Of a DNA stretch of 64,000 nt, positions 8,568 through 17,984 are shown piece by piece. The number at the start of each line of letters is the position of its first letter. Within the stretch, counting starts at the first letter, position 1. The notes under the pieces are model-generated. The model made no database searches and was not told the DNA's origin. It worked only from the letters and a program-made list of their open reading frames with translations. The stretch covers positions 49,283-113,282 of the forward strand of contig JAXEUM010000084.1 of NCBI GenBank assembly GCA_034114925.1, given 5' to 3'. Both the position numbers and the translations under genes were made by a program. Origin of the DNA: Oliverpabstia sp. (GTDB lineage: Bacteria > Bacillota > Clostridia > Lachnospirales > Lachnospiraceae).

Positions 8568-10062
8568 AGATGAAGAATTAATTCTTATGGGAATAAAAAG
8601 TATTGTAGACTGGGAACGGCTGGGACTGGAGCTGGTTCATACCGCTTATGATGGACTGGAAGCTCTTAAAAAATGGGAAGAACAGCCGGTGGATATTATT
8701 ATTTCCGATATCGATATGCCGGGCATGACTGGTCTGGAGCTACTGGAAGAGATCAGGAAGCGGGATGAGAATGTACGTTTTATTATTCTCACCGGGTATG
8801 ATAAGTTTGAATATGCTCAGAAAGCCATTCGTTTGGAAGTGGAAAACTATATTTTAAAGCCGATCAATGAGGAAGAACTGGAGCAGCAGTTGATATTGGC
8901 AAAAGAAAGGCTGGAAGAACTGGAAAAGAAGAAGCTTCTTTATATTGACGAGAAAACAGACTGGATGCAGTTTTTATCCGGGAAAACCCAGGAAGAGGAG
9001 TATGAGTATTACCGGGAGAATCTGAACCTTCCCAAAGAGAAGGGAATCTATCGGGCGGCAGTGATGAAATGGAGTACAGAAAATGCAAAAGAAAAAAGAA
9101 TCACCGATATGCTCATGTCTGTCCACAGTGAAAGAGAGTCCCTTCGGATGGTGTTGCTTCTTCCGGACGGTATGCTCTTGCTTTTAAAAGATTTGCAGGA
9201 GGCAGGAGAAGTAAGAGAATACTTTCAAAATCTTCAGGATGAGATCGAGAGTCAATTTGATATCCTTACCTTTATCAGTATTGGTCCGGTTTTCCGAGAT
9301 TACAGAAAGCTCCCAGCCAGTTACAAAGAAGCTATGAAATTACAGAAATATCTTTTGATTGACGGCTATGGAAGCTGTGTGGACGAAGAACATATCCAGG
9401 ACAGAAAAAGTGAAGATATTGTTATTGATCGGGAATTGCTGCAGAAAATGATTTTGAAAAAGGAAAATGAAGGCGCCATTGGGTATATGGAGGATTTGTT
9501 TATCAATAATCTGAAAAGCGGTGTTTCTGTGGAATCCTTATATGAGATGGCAGTACACATCGCCATGTTTTTGCAGGAAATTAAAAAGGAATATAAACTG
9601 GAAAATGTGGAAAAACTACATGATCTTCCGGAACTTTTGGAAACGATTTATCAGGCGGATGATATTTTTGGTATAAAAGCCTTGTTTATTTCGGAAGTAA
9701 ATGGAATTATTCAATGTCTTCATGAAGATACGATACAGTATACGCCGGTGGTTCGCCAGATTATGGAGGAAGTGGACAAAAACTATCAGGAAGATATGAA
9801 TCTGAAAACACTGGCTTATAAATATCATATGAATGCCTCTTATCTGGGGCAGATTTTCCAAAAAGAAGTGGGTTGTTCTTTTACCCAGTACCTCAGTGGA
9901 AAGAAAATTGAGAAGGCAAAAGAACTGATTCTGACTACCAATATGAAAATCAATGATATTGCCAAAGAAGTGGGGTATCCGGATACCAGTTATTTCTATA
10001 GAAAATTTAAACAAAGATATGGAGTGGCGCCGGCATCTTTGAGGGAGATGAAAAAATATTAA
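8545..10062 (+). CDS. Response regulator with AraC-type HTH output (YesN-like)
   Basis: CheY receiver (MIVEDEELIL..., DIIISDIDMPGMTGLELL). C-terminal AraC HTH (LKTLAYKYHMNASYLGQIFQKEVG ... INDIAKEVGYPDTSYFYRKFKQRYG). Overlaps the kinase gene by 23 nt. Confidence 0.9.
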   Translation: MKTVMIVEDEELILMGIKSIVDWERLGLELVHTAYDGLEALKKWEEQPVDIIISDIDMPGMTGLELLEEIRKRDENVRFIILTGYDKFEYAQKAIRLEVENYILKPINEEELEQQLILAKERLEELEKKKLLYIDEKTDWMQFLSGKTQEEEYEYYRENLNLPKEKGIYRAAVMKWSTENAKEKRITDMLMSVHSERESLRMVLLLPDGMLLLLKDLQEAGEVREYFQNLQDEIESQFDILTFISIGPVFRDYRKLPASYKEAMKLQKYLLIDGYGSCVDEEHIQDRKSEDIVIDRELLQKMILKKENEGAIGYMEDLFINNLKSGVSVESLYEMAVHIAMFLQEIKKEYKLENVEKLHDLPELLETIYQADDIFGIKALFISEVNGIIQCLHEDTIQYTPVVRQIMEEVDKNYQEDMNLKTLAYKYHMNASYLGQIFQKEVGCSFTQYLSGKKIEKAKELILTTNMKINDIAKEVGYPDTSYFYRKFKQRYGVAPASLREMKKY

Positions 10063-10233
10063 GAAGCTGCTGTGTTCCGAGGAAGGAGATACATATTTTC
10101 TCAACCAGGGAACACAGTGGCTTTTTTGCATATTACTAGAATTTGTACAAGGAATCTAAAGATTTTCAAATTTTATAAAAGTTTAAGAAATGATATAGTA
10201 ATTTTGCACAAAGGAAGAGAGGTTATAGTGGGA

Positions 10234-11709
10234 ATGTTAAAAAAAATCATGGGAGTTTCCGTCGTTTGTGTGTTGCTTATGAGCATGTTCACATCATGTC
10301 AGAAGCAGGAAATAGAAAAAGAAGAAAAGCAGAATCTTACAGAACTTACCTGGTATCAGATTGGCGATAAACAAAAAGATGCCGCGCAGGTGTTAGAAGA
10401 AGTAAATGAGTATATCGGTGAGAAAATTGGCGTGAAGCTCACTGTTCAGTATGTGGGCTGGAGTGAGTATAACGAAAAGATGCAGGCGGTAATTAGTACG
10501 GGAGATCGTTGGGATCTTTGTTTTACCAGTTCCTGGGCGAATGATTTTATGCAGAATGCCAATAAAGGCGCATTTCTTGCCCTGGACGATCTGATTAAAA
10601 ATACGGATATGTATGAGAACATTGATTCCAGATTCTGGGAGGCAGCTACTGTACAGGGAAAGATTTACGGAGTTCCCAGTGAAAAAGAAATTACCAATAT
10701 GCCGATGTGGGTATTTACGAAAGAATATGTAGATAAATACAACATTCCTTATGAGACGCTGCACAGCCTGGAGGATTTGGAACCCTGGCTGCAGGTGATT
10801 GCTGAAAATGAACCGGATGTGGTTCCTTTTTATGTGACAAAAGAGTATTCTGCTCCGGTATATATGGACCTAATACAAAATCCTGTAGGAATCGAATATG
10901 ATGATGAGGCTTTGACAGTTCAAAATATATTTGAGACTGAAAAAATGCAGGAAACTTTGAAAACCATGCGGCATTATTATGAAGCTGGGTATATAAATGA
11001 GGATGCGCCGTCTGTTTCCGATGATGATTCAGTGAAACGCTTTGTTACGAAAGGAGACGGACAGCCTTATGCAGAGGTAACCTGGGGAAATGATCTGGGT
11101 TATGAAGTGGTGACCTCTCCGATTATGGAAGCCAGTATTACCAATGCTTCTGCGCAGGGAGCATTGACAGCAGTAAATGCGGAGAGTCAGAATCCGGAAA
11201 AAGCGGTGGAACTTCTGGATCTGATCAATACGGATCAGTATCTGAGAAATCTGCTGAATTATGGGATTGAAGGAGAACATTGGGAAAAAATAGAAGTTTC
11301 TGAGAAAGAATTGAAGAAAGCAGAGGGGAAACCTTATATTTATCCTTTCAAGGTAAGACTGACAGAGAATGCAGGACGGTATTCCGTTCCTTATTGGGTA
11401 CAGGGCGGTTTGTTTAACACCTATGTGCTGGAAAATGAACCTGTGGATAAATGGGCAACTTTTAAAGAGTTTAACGATAATGCCACCAAAGCGCCCTCCT
11501 TTGGATTTGATTTTAATCTGGAACCGGTGAGTACACAGGTCTCTGCCTTCCGGGGAATCCTGGATGAATATGGGAAAGCTCTCTATACCGGAAGTGTGGA
11601 TGCAAAAAACTATATTCCTCAGATGAGGAAAAAGTTGAACATGGTGGGAATCCATGAAGTGATAGAAGAAATGCAAAAACAGGTAAATCAGTGGCAAAAA
11701 AACAAGTGA
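10234..11709 (+). CDS. ABC transporter extracellular solute-binding lipoprotein (family 1, LplA-like)
   Basis: Signal peptide plus lipobox MLKKIMGVSVVCVLLMSMFTSC|Q. Start moved to ATG 10234 (SD AAGGAAGAGAGG). Approximately 490-aa sugar-SBP-like protein next to LplB/LplC-type permeases. Confidence 0.8.
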   Translation: MLKKIMGVSVVCVLLMSMFTSCQKQEIEKEEKQNLTELTWYQIGDKQKDAAQVLEEVNEYIGEKIGVKLTVQYVGWSEYNEKMQAVISTGDRWDLCFTSSWANDFMQNANKGAFLALDDLIKNTDMYENIDSRFWEAATVQGKIYGVPSEKEITNMPMWVFTKEYVDKYNIPYETLHSLEDLEPWLQVIAENEPDVVPFYVTKEYSAPVYMDLIQNPVGIEYDDEALTVQNIFETEKMQETLKTMRHYYEAGYINEDAPSVSDDDSVKRFVTKGDGQPYAEVTWGNDLGYEVVTSPIMEASITNASAQGALTAVNAESQNPEKAVELLDLINTDQYLRNLLNYGIEGEHWEKIEVSEKELKKAEGKPYIYPFKVRLTENAGRYSVPYWVQGGLFNTYVLENEPVDKWATFKEFNDNATKAPSFGFDFNLEPVSTQVSAFRGILDEYGKALYTGSVDAKNYIPQMRKKLNMVGIHEVIEEMQKQVNQWQKNK

Positions 11710-11720
11710 GGTCGGTATAT

Positions 11721-11772
11721 ATTTTCTGTTGTCAGACCGTTTTACATACCCGGCGGTGTGACGACAGAAAAT
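11721..11772 (+). other. Intercistronic stem-loop between SBP and permease genes
   Basis: ATTTTCTGTTGTCA (11721-11734) pairs with TGACGACAGAAAAT (11759-11772), 13/14, 24-nt loop, no T-run. Typical mRNA-stabilising or decoupling hairpin after SBP genes. Confidence 0.5.
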
Positions 11773-11812
11773 GTTACAGATAGAAACAAAACAAAAGGGA
11801 GGTCATGAAAAA

Positions 11813-12784
11813 ATGCGAATAAAAAAGACGTCGGGATTGCCGGCAAAGGCACGCAGAAAAAGATGGACAAAAGATGATACAGAATTGACGCTGTTATCAG
11901 TCCCCACACTGGTGTGGTATTTTATCTTTTCCTATCTGCCCATGTTTGGTATTGTCATTGCGTTCAAGAACTACAAATTGTCACCGGGTGGTCATGGATT
12001 TTTGTACAATCTGTTTCACAGTGATTGGGCAGGTTTCGGGAACTTTGAGTACTTCTTTACATCAAATGCCTTCTCCATGCTGCTGCGTAACACGATTCTT
12101 TACAACATTGCTTTTATCATCATCAGTGCATCAGTTGCAGTAGGCGGAGCTTTGATGCTGAGCAGTATGATTAATCAGAAAGGTTCTAAGATTTATCAGA
12201 CGATGATGTTTCTGCCTTACTTCATGTCATGGGTAGTTGTAAGTTACTTTGTCTATGCGCTGCTCACACCGGAGAAAGGCTATATGAATGGTATGATTAC
12301 CGCGCTGGGAGGAGATCCCGTCATGTGGTATCAGGAATCAAAATACTGGCCGTTTATCCTGGTTCTTCTGAACACCTGGAAAGGTATGGGATACGGTATG
12401 GTTATGTACCTGGCAAGTATTACCGGTATTGATCCGTCTCTGTATGAAGCAGCCGTGATGGATGGCGCTACGAAGAGACAGCAGATGATACATATTACAC
12501 TTCCGGGAATCAAACCAGTATTTGTTATGATGCTGATTCTTGATTGTGGTAAGATCTTTAACTCAGATTTTGGTCTTTTCTATCAGGTAACAGGAGGAAT
12601 TCCTGCATCCTTGTATGAGACCGTATCTACTTTTGATACCTTTGTTTATAATGCTATTCAGTCTTCTGCACCGATTGGACAGACAGCAGCAGCATCCTTC
12701 TTCCAGGCAATTTGTAGCTGCGGAACTATTTTGCTGGCAAACTGGGTAGTAAGTAAGATTGATAATGAAAACAGAATTATTTAA
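11813..12784 (+). CDS. Carbohydrate ABC transporter permease (LplB/BPD_transp_1)
   Basis: Six-TM permease with an EAA-loop region (YEAAVMDGATKRQQMIHITLPGIKP). Start moved to ATG 11813 (SD AAAGGGAGG). Confidence 0.85.
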   Translation: MRIKKTSGLPAKARRKRWTKDDTELTLLSVPTLVWYFIFSYLPMFGIVIAFKNYKLSPGGHGFLYNLFHSDWAGFGNFEYFFTSNAFSMLLRNTILYNIAFIIISASVAVGGALMLSSMINQKGSKIYQTMMFLPYFMSWVVVSYFVYALLTPEKGYMNGMITALGGDPVMWYQESKYWPFILVLLNTWKGMGYGMVMYLASITGIDPSLYEAAVMDGATKRQQMIHITLPGIKPVFVMMLILDCGKIFNSDFGLFYQVTGGIPASLYETVSTFDTFVYNAIQSSAPIGQTAAASFFQAICSCGTILLANWVVSKIDNENRII

Positions 12785-12801
12785 GGAAAGGAGCGAACGA
12801 A

Positions 12802-13722
12802 GTGAGTAAAGGAAATGAAAAAAGTGTATCATCCCTGAATCAGATTAAGAAATCAACGAACGTGATCTTTAATATTATTTTTCTGATTCTTGGTCTGATG
12901 TGTGTATTCCCTCTGGTGTTTGTTTTCTCCATTTCTATTACCAGTGAAAAAGCACTCCAGGCAGGAGGATATCATATTATTCCTCAGGAATTTTCCAATG
13001 CGGCATATATGTTTCTGTGGAATGAAAGAGGAACTATTCTTCAGGCATTATTTATGTCTATACTGATCGCAGTCCTTGGTACTGTGATTGCCGTATGTCT
13101 GACCACCTCCATGGGATACGTGGCGTCCAGAAAAAGTTTTAAGCTGAAACAGTTGTATACCTGGATTATCTTTATTCCTATGGTATTTAACGGCGGTATG
13201 CTGGCATCCTATGTGGTAGTAAATAATATCCTGAATCTGAGAGATACTATTTGGGCAGTTATTTTGCCTCTGGCTTGTTCTTCCTTCAGTGTTACCATCT
13301 GTCGTACCTTCTTCCGCACTACTGTGCCGGATGCACTGATCGAGGCGGCAAAAATAGACGGGGCAGGACAGTTCAGAATCTGGTCCAGCATTGTACTTCC
13401 CATTTCCAAGCCGGTTATGGCAACTATCGGAATGTTTGCCGCTTTCGGTTATTGGAATGACTGGTTCCAATCATCCTTGTATATTTCTGATAAGAACCTG
13501 TATACCTTGCAGGCATTATTGAATAACATTCAAAAGAGTATTGAATATCTTGCAAATAATCCTTATGGTGGATTGTCCATGCAGGAATATAAATTAAATA
13601 TGCCAACAGAGTCAGTTCGAATGGCTATCGCAATCGTTATCATTGTTCCGATTGCCCTTACGTATCCATTCTTCCAGAAATACTTTATTTCCGGTCTGAC
13701 TATCGGATCTGTCAAAGAATAA
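12802..13722 (+). CDS. Carbohydrate ABC transporter permease (LplC-like)
   Basis: GTG start after SD AAGGAAAGGAG. EAA loop LIEAAKIDGAGQFRIWSSIVLPISKP. Confidence 0.85.
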   Translation: MSKGNEKSVSSLNQIKKSTNVIFNIIFLILGLMCVFPLVFVFSISITSEKALQAGGYHIIPQEFSNAAYMFLWNERGTILQALFMSILIAVLGTVIAVCLTTSMGYVASRKSFKLKQLYTWIIFIPMVFNGGMLASYVVVNNILNLRDTIWAVILPLACSSFSVTICRTFFRTTVPDALIEAAKIDGAGQFRIWSSIVLPISKPVMATIGMFAAFGYWNDWFQSSLYISDKNLYTLQALLNNIQKSIEYLANNPYGGLSMQEYKLNMPTESVRMAIAIVIIVPIALTYPFFQKYFISGLTIGSVKE

Positions 13723-13724
13723 TT

Positions 13725-13766
13725 GTAACTATTCAGTAGTCTACTGAGAAGGTACTAAACAGTTAC
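13725..13766. mobile_element. 42-bp palindromic mini-MITE (GTAAC family), copy 2
   Basis: GTAACTATTCAGTA-gtctactgagaagg-TACTAAACAGTTAC. A perfect 8-bp direct repeat GAATAATT lies at 13717-13724 and 13767-13774; the left repeat contains the permease stop codon. Confidence 0.8.
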
Positions 13767-13836
13767 GAATAATTTAAGCAACTTACCTCGGAAATTTTCT
13801 GAGGTCAAGTATAGAGTAGAATAACAGGAGGACGCT

Positions 13837-15297
13837 ATGAAATTAAGAAAAATTACAGCGCTTGGTCTGGCGACAGTGATGACTGCCGGAATGCTTGCAG
13901 GATGTGGCACAGACAGCAAAAAATCTACAGCTACAAACGAAAACAGTGATGAAATCGTAACCTTAAAATGGGTATTGATCGGAAACGGTATGCCGGACAA
14001 TTATGATACCTGGGTTTCCAAAGTCAACGAATATGCTGGAGAAAAAATCGGTGTAAATGTGGAAATGGAAGTAATTCCCTGGGGTGACTGGGATAAGAGA
14101 AGAAATATTATTATCAGTACCAATGAGCCTTACGATATTATCTTTGGTAACGGTAATAACTACCTTCCTGATATCAAACTGGGCGCTTACGTTGATATCA
14201 CAGATATGATCGACGAGAAGATGCCGGAATTTAAAGAACTGATGCCGGAAGAGTACTGGGAAGCTGTTAAGGTAGACGGCAGAATCTACGGTATTCCTTC
14301 CTACAAAGACAGCTCTATTTCCAACTATGCGATCTGGGATAAAGAGCTGGTAGATGAATTTAAGATCGATTATCAGAATCTGACAAAGCTGGAAGATCTG
14401 ACACCTGTATTTGAAGAACTGAAAGCAGCTAAAAATGATTATCCTGTATATATCAAAAATGACGGCGTATATTCTATCTTTGATGTATATGACCAGATTG
14501 GCAGCGGTACACAGATCATGGGCGTAAGATATGATGATAATGAAGGAAAAGTATGCTTTACACTGGAAGAGCCTGAAATTATGTCTGCGCTGGAGACTTT
14601 CCACGACTGGTATAAAAAAGGAATTATCAATCCGGATGCACCTACTTTGACAGAAGGCCGTGTATATAATATGTGGCGTATTGCACAGGGATGGGAATCA
14701 GCAGGAAAAACATCCTGGGGTCCACAGATGGGTAAAGAGGTTGTTGTACAGAAAATCGGTGATACCATCCTGTCTAACGAGACGGTACGCGGTGGTATGA
14801 ACATGATTTCTGCTAACAGTAAATATCCGGAAAAATGTCTGGAATTTTTGAATCTGGTAAATACAGATACTACACTTCGTGATATGTTCTATTACGGGGA
14901 AGAAGGGGTAAACTTCGAATATGTGGATGTGGACGGAAAACAGATGGTTCACAAAATCAATGAAGACTGGCCAATGGCAGGTTATACCAACGGTACCTTC
15001 TTTACAGTAACACCGGTAGAGACAGATACAGAAGGACAGTGGGATGAAATCAAAGCGTTAAATGAAGCAGCAGTACCTTCCGTAATGCTTGGATTTAACT
15101 TTGATACAACAGAAGTAGAATCTCAGTTGGCAAACTGTCGTGAGATCTGGATGCGTTACCGCAGTGAAGTTATGGCTGGTGTAAATGATCCGAAGGAAGT
15201 TGTTCCGAAAATCAAAGAAGAACTGGACAAGGCAGGATTCCAGGATGTTATGGCGGCTGCTCAGGCTCAGGTAGATGAGTTTATGGCGTCTAAATAA
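13837..15297 (+). CDS. Second ABC solute-binding lipoprotein (family 1, LplA-like paralogue)
   Basis: MKLRKITALGLATVMTAGMLAGC|G lipobox. Same architecture as the 10234 SBP, but the sequence is clearly diverged. Confidence 0.8.
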   Translation: MKLRKITALGLATVMTAGMLAGCGTDSKKSTATNENSDEIVTLKWVLIGNGMPDNYDTWVSKVNEYAGEKIGVNVEMEVIPWGDWDKRRNIIISTNEPYDIIFGNGNNYLPDIKLGAYVDITDMIDEKMPEFKELMPEEYWEAVKVDGRIYGIPSYKDSSISNYAIWDKELVDEFKIDYQNLTKLEDLTPVFEELKAAKNDYPVYIKNDGVYSIFDVYDQIGSGTQIMGVRYDDNEGKVCFTLEEPEIMSALETFHDWYKKGIINPDAPTLTEGRVYNMWRIAQGWESAGKTSWGPQMGKEVVVQKIGDTILSNETVRGGMNMISANSKYPEKCLEFLNLVNTDTTLRDMFYYGEEGVNFEYVDVDGKQMVHKINEDWPMAGYTNGTFFTVTPVETDTEGQWDEIKALNEAAVPSVMLGFNFDTTEVESQLANCREIWMRYRSEVMAGVNDPKEVVPKIKEELDKAGFQDVMAAAQAQVDEFMASK

Positions 15298-15320
15298 AAT
15301 TTAAATCATTCTGACATATA

Positions 15321-15364
15321 AAAAAGCTGATGCAAACAGAAAGTTTTTGCATCAGCTTTTTTTG
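15321..15364 (+). terminator. Rho-independent terminator
   Basis: AAAAAGCTGATGCAAA ...loop... TTTGCATCAGCTTTTTTT. Confidence 0.85.
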
Positions 15365-15427
15365 AAAGGAGAAATAGAAAACGGGAAAAATCCCTCTTCA
15401 TTATTAGATAAAAACCTAACATTATCA

Positions 15428-15456
15428 TTGACAAATGTATAACATAATTATATAGT
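15428..15456 (+). promoter_or_regulatory. Sigma-A-like promoter of the MFS/ArsR operon
   Basis: TTGACA (15428-15433), 17 nt, TATAGT (15451-15456). Confidence 0.6.
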
Positions 15457-15520
15457 AATCATATAGATTATTATTAAATAAAATATTAGACAAATATCTA
15501 ACTATAATGGGAGGGATTCT

Positions 15521-16756
15521 ATGAAGTTTTCTGTTCTTAAAAATTCTAATTTTCGTAAGCTGCTTTTGGCGAATATGGTTAATCGGTTTGGCGACAGTGT
15601 AGATTCCATTGCTTTTACCTGGATTACTTACACGATGACAAAAAGCGCTAGCCTGTCTGCTCTTGTATTTGCAGCCAATATGCTTCCCATGGTATTGGTT
15701 CAGCCACTTGCGGCGCCGATAGTAGATAAGATGAAAAAACAGGGAATTATGGTGTGGGCAGATATTCTGAGAGGGATTTGTCTTGGAGGTTTCATTTTGC
15801 TTATGGGTATGAATCTCATCTCTCCCTGGATGTTTGTGGCATTTACATTTACCACGAATTTTATCGAAGCTTTTCGTGTTCCGGCAGGCGTATCTTTTGT
15901 ACCGAAAATTTTGGAAGGAAAAGAACTGGACGAAGGAATTAACATGAATCAGATGGCGGCGCAGGTATGTACAATTGCAGGAACGGCAGCAGGAGGTATT
16001 CTGGTGGCTGTTTCGCCCCTTCTGGCTATGGGGATTGATTTTCTTTCTTTTTTGATTTCCGCTGTTCTTATCTGGCGCATCCGGATAAAAGAAGAGGTGA
16101 GTAAAAATCTTCAGGAAAATACCTACTGGCAGAATCTGAAAGGTGGTTTCCAATATCTGGGGAAAAACAGAAAGTTTTTCATTTTTGTGCTGGCGGCATT
16201 GTTGTGTAATACCTTGTCTTCTATTATGGGTTCTCTTATGGCAGCCTATATCAATGAAAACTTACAGGCTTCGGCAAACTATATGTCCGGCGCGGAGATC
16301 ATTCTTACGGTGACCAGCCTTCTTATGATGTTTTTCTTTTCTTCTTATTCAGAAAAGATTCGTCCTTCTCGAATTTTTACCTGGGTAGAATTTGGTTCTC
16401 TGACGTTTTTATATCTGGTTCTGGCATTTATGCCGGGAATATCCGGGTGGCTTCGCCCGGTAATCTGGGTGATAACCTTCCTGATTTTCGGAATTTTATC
16501 CGGGATGTTTGGAGCGTTTATCAATGTGATGTTTGTGAAAGTAGTGGAGGAAGATTACCTGTCCCGGGCAGCAGGAGTGTTTAATTCTCTGGGAACTTTG
16601 TGTACGCCGGTTCTTTCTCTTGTATTGGCGGCAGTGGTAAAATGGGTGAAAATCCCTGTTATTTTTCTGGGAGCAGCAATAATATCCGGTTGTATTTTAC
16701 TTTTGCTTTTAGTGAACGGATGGTGTAAAGTATTAGATAAGCAGGAGGAAAAATGA
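15521..16756 (+). CDS. MFS transporter (MFS_3 / EntS-like efflux type)
   Basis: 411 aa, approximately 12 TM. N-terminus MKFSVLKNSNFRKLLLANMVNRFGDSVDSIAFTW is typical of this MFS subfamily. Confidence 0.8.
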   Translation: MKFSVLKNSNFRKLLLANMVNRFGDSVDSIAFTWITYTMTKSASLSALVFAANMLPMVLVQPLAAPIVDKMKKQGIMVWADILRGICLGGFILLMGMNLISPWMFVAFTFTTNFIEAFRVPAGVSFVPKILEGKELDEGINMNQMAAQVCTIAGTAAGGILVAVSPLLAMGIDFLSFLISAVLIWRIRIKEEVSKNLQENTYWQNLKGGFQYLGKNRKFFIFVLAALLCNTLSSIMGSLMAAYINENLQASANYMSGAEIILTVTSLLMMFFFSSYSEKIRPSRIFTWVEFGSLTFLYLVLAFMPGISGWLRPVIWVITFLIFGILSGMFGAFINVMFVKVVEEDYLSRAAGVFNSLGTLCTPVLSLVLAAVVKWVKIPVIFLGAAIISGCILLLLLVNGWCKVLDKQEEK

Positions 16757-17790
16757 GTATGAGAGTATTACAGCCGAATCGATATATGGAAGCATTTGGG
16801 ATTATACAAAGAAAATATGAAAAAGAAGATTGCCGAAAAACGCTGGAGAGTATTTTGGCCAAAAGACAGGAAAAAGAAGTGATAACAAAATTGTTTTATC
16901 CGGTTATCGAGATGATGGACGCCTGTGAAGATATTTTATTGAATCCGGACAATCCACTGTACTTGCGGTGCAGTTCTCTGGAAGATACGGATGAGAGAGA
17001 CAGTATCTTCGCAGAGATATTTTTTACGTATTATCGGGCGGAAAACAGGGAAAAGCCATCGAAGGTAATAGAGAAAGCCTTTGTTCGGGATGGTGGGAAA
17101 GAATTTATAGAAAACATGCTCTGTTCAGGGGAGAAGACGATGGAATCCCCCGTTTTGGCGGTATTACATTCCGGATGGAAAGCAGAGGACCAATTGACAC
17201 TTTTGAGGATTCTGGAAGAGGGAGAACCGTGGATACAGGAATTTAGCCTTCTTCTGGAGCAAATTGCTGACCGGATCGATCCGATTCTGGAAAAATACAA
17301 AGATCAGTATACGTATCTGGATGAATTGATGAAAAAAGAAGATGCCCAGGAAATTATACTGAGAAGAATGCGGCTGAACCCACTGGAGGAGGTGGCGGTA
17401 CAGCCGGTGATATCCACCTGTAATATGGGATATATCAGAGGAAAAGAAAAAGAAAATGGGATTGAGGTTATGATCCATATAGGAACATTGCACTGTGCCA
17501 TGGATTTTTCAGAACCGGGAGAATTTACCAGAGAACAATTGCAGGAGCATCTGAAATGTCTCTCCGATCCTACCAAACTATCCATACTTATGATTTTAAA
17601 AGAAAAACCTACATACCAGACAGATCTGGCCCGGCAGTTAGGTCTGACCACCGCCACAATATCGCACCATATGAATCAATTGCTTGTAAATGGATTTGTG
17701 AAGCACCGTCTGGAAGAGAAAAAAGTGTACTATGAATATCAGAGGGATATGGTCCAGTACACCTGTATGCAAGTGGAAAAATTGTTATGA
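16753..17790 (+). CDS. ArsR/SmtB-type winged-helix regulator with a long (about 270 aa) uncharacterised N-terminal domain
   Basis: C-terminal LSDPTKLSILMILKEKPTYQTDLARQLGLTTATISHHMNQLLVNGFV matches the ArsR HTH. There is a 4-nt overlap (ATGA) with the MFS gene. Confidence 0.7.
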   Translation: MSMRVLQPNRYMEAFGIIQRKYEKEDCRKTLESILAKRQEKEVITKLFYPVIEMMDACEDILLNPDNPLYLRCSSLEDTDERDSIFAEIFFTYYRAENREKPSKVIEKAFVRDGGKEFIENMLCSGEKTMESPVLAVLHSGWKAEDQLTLLRILEEGEPWIQEFSLLLEQIADRIDPILEKYKDQYTYLDELMKKEDAQEIILRRMRLNPLEEVAVQPVISTCNMGYIRGKEKENGIEVMIHIGTLHCAMDFSEPGEFTREQLQEHLKCLSDPTKLSILMILKEKPTYQTDLARQLGLTTATISHHMNQLLVNGFVKHRLEEKKVYYEYQRDMVQYTCMQVEKLL

Positions 17791-17863
17791 AAATAGAGCT
17801 GTTGCTTGAAACGTTATATTCAGAATATTTCAGAATTATGTTGAAAGCGACAGCTCTATTTTT
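17791..17863 (+). terminator. Long-loop terminator module T1
   Basis: AAATAGAGCTGT (17791-17802) pairs perfectly with ACAGCTCTATTT (17850-17861), followed by a T-run. The approximately 41-nt interior is homologous to the module at 39724-39787. Confidence 0.65.
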
Positions 17864-17984
17864 ATGGGGAAAAAAGATATAATCACGGCAGACAATTATT
17901 AAGAAAAATGTCAGATTTATATTAAAAAAATATCTGTTTTTTTTGTTACAATAAATTCGAAATAAAGAAAAGGAAGAAAGAAAA

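Noticed and set aside
6718-13766. The idea that the two same-orientation 42-bp elements form a composite transposon carrying the kinase/regulator/SBP/permease block.
   Set aside because: Each copy has its own matching pair of flanking octamers (GAGCCGGA/GAACCGGA and GAATAATT/GAATAATT). A composite event would instead duplicate one octamer at the two outer ends. They are independent insertions.
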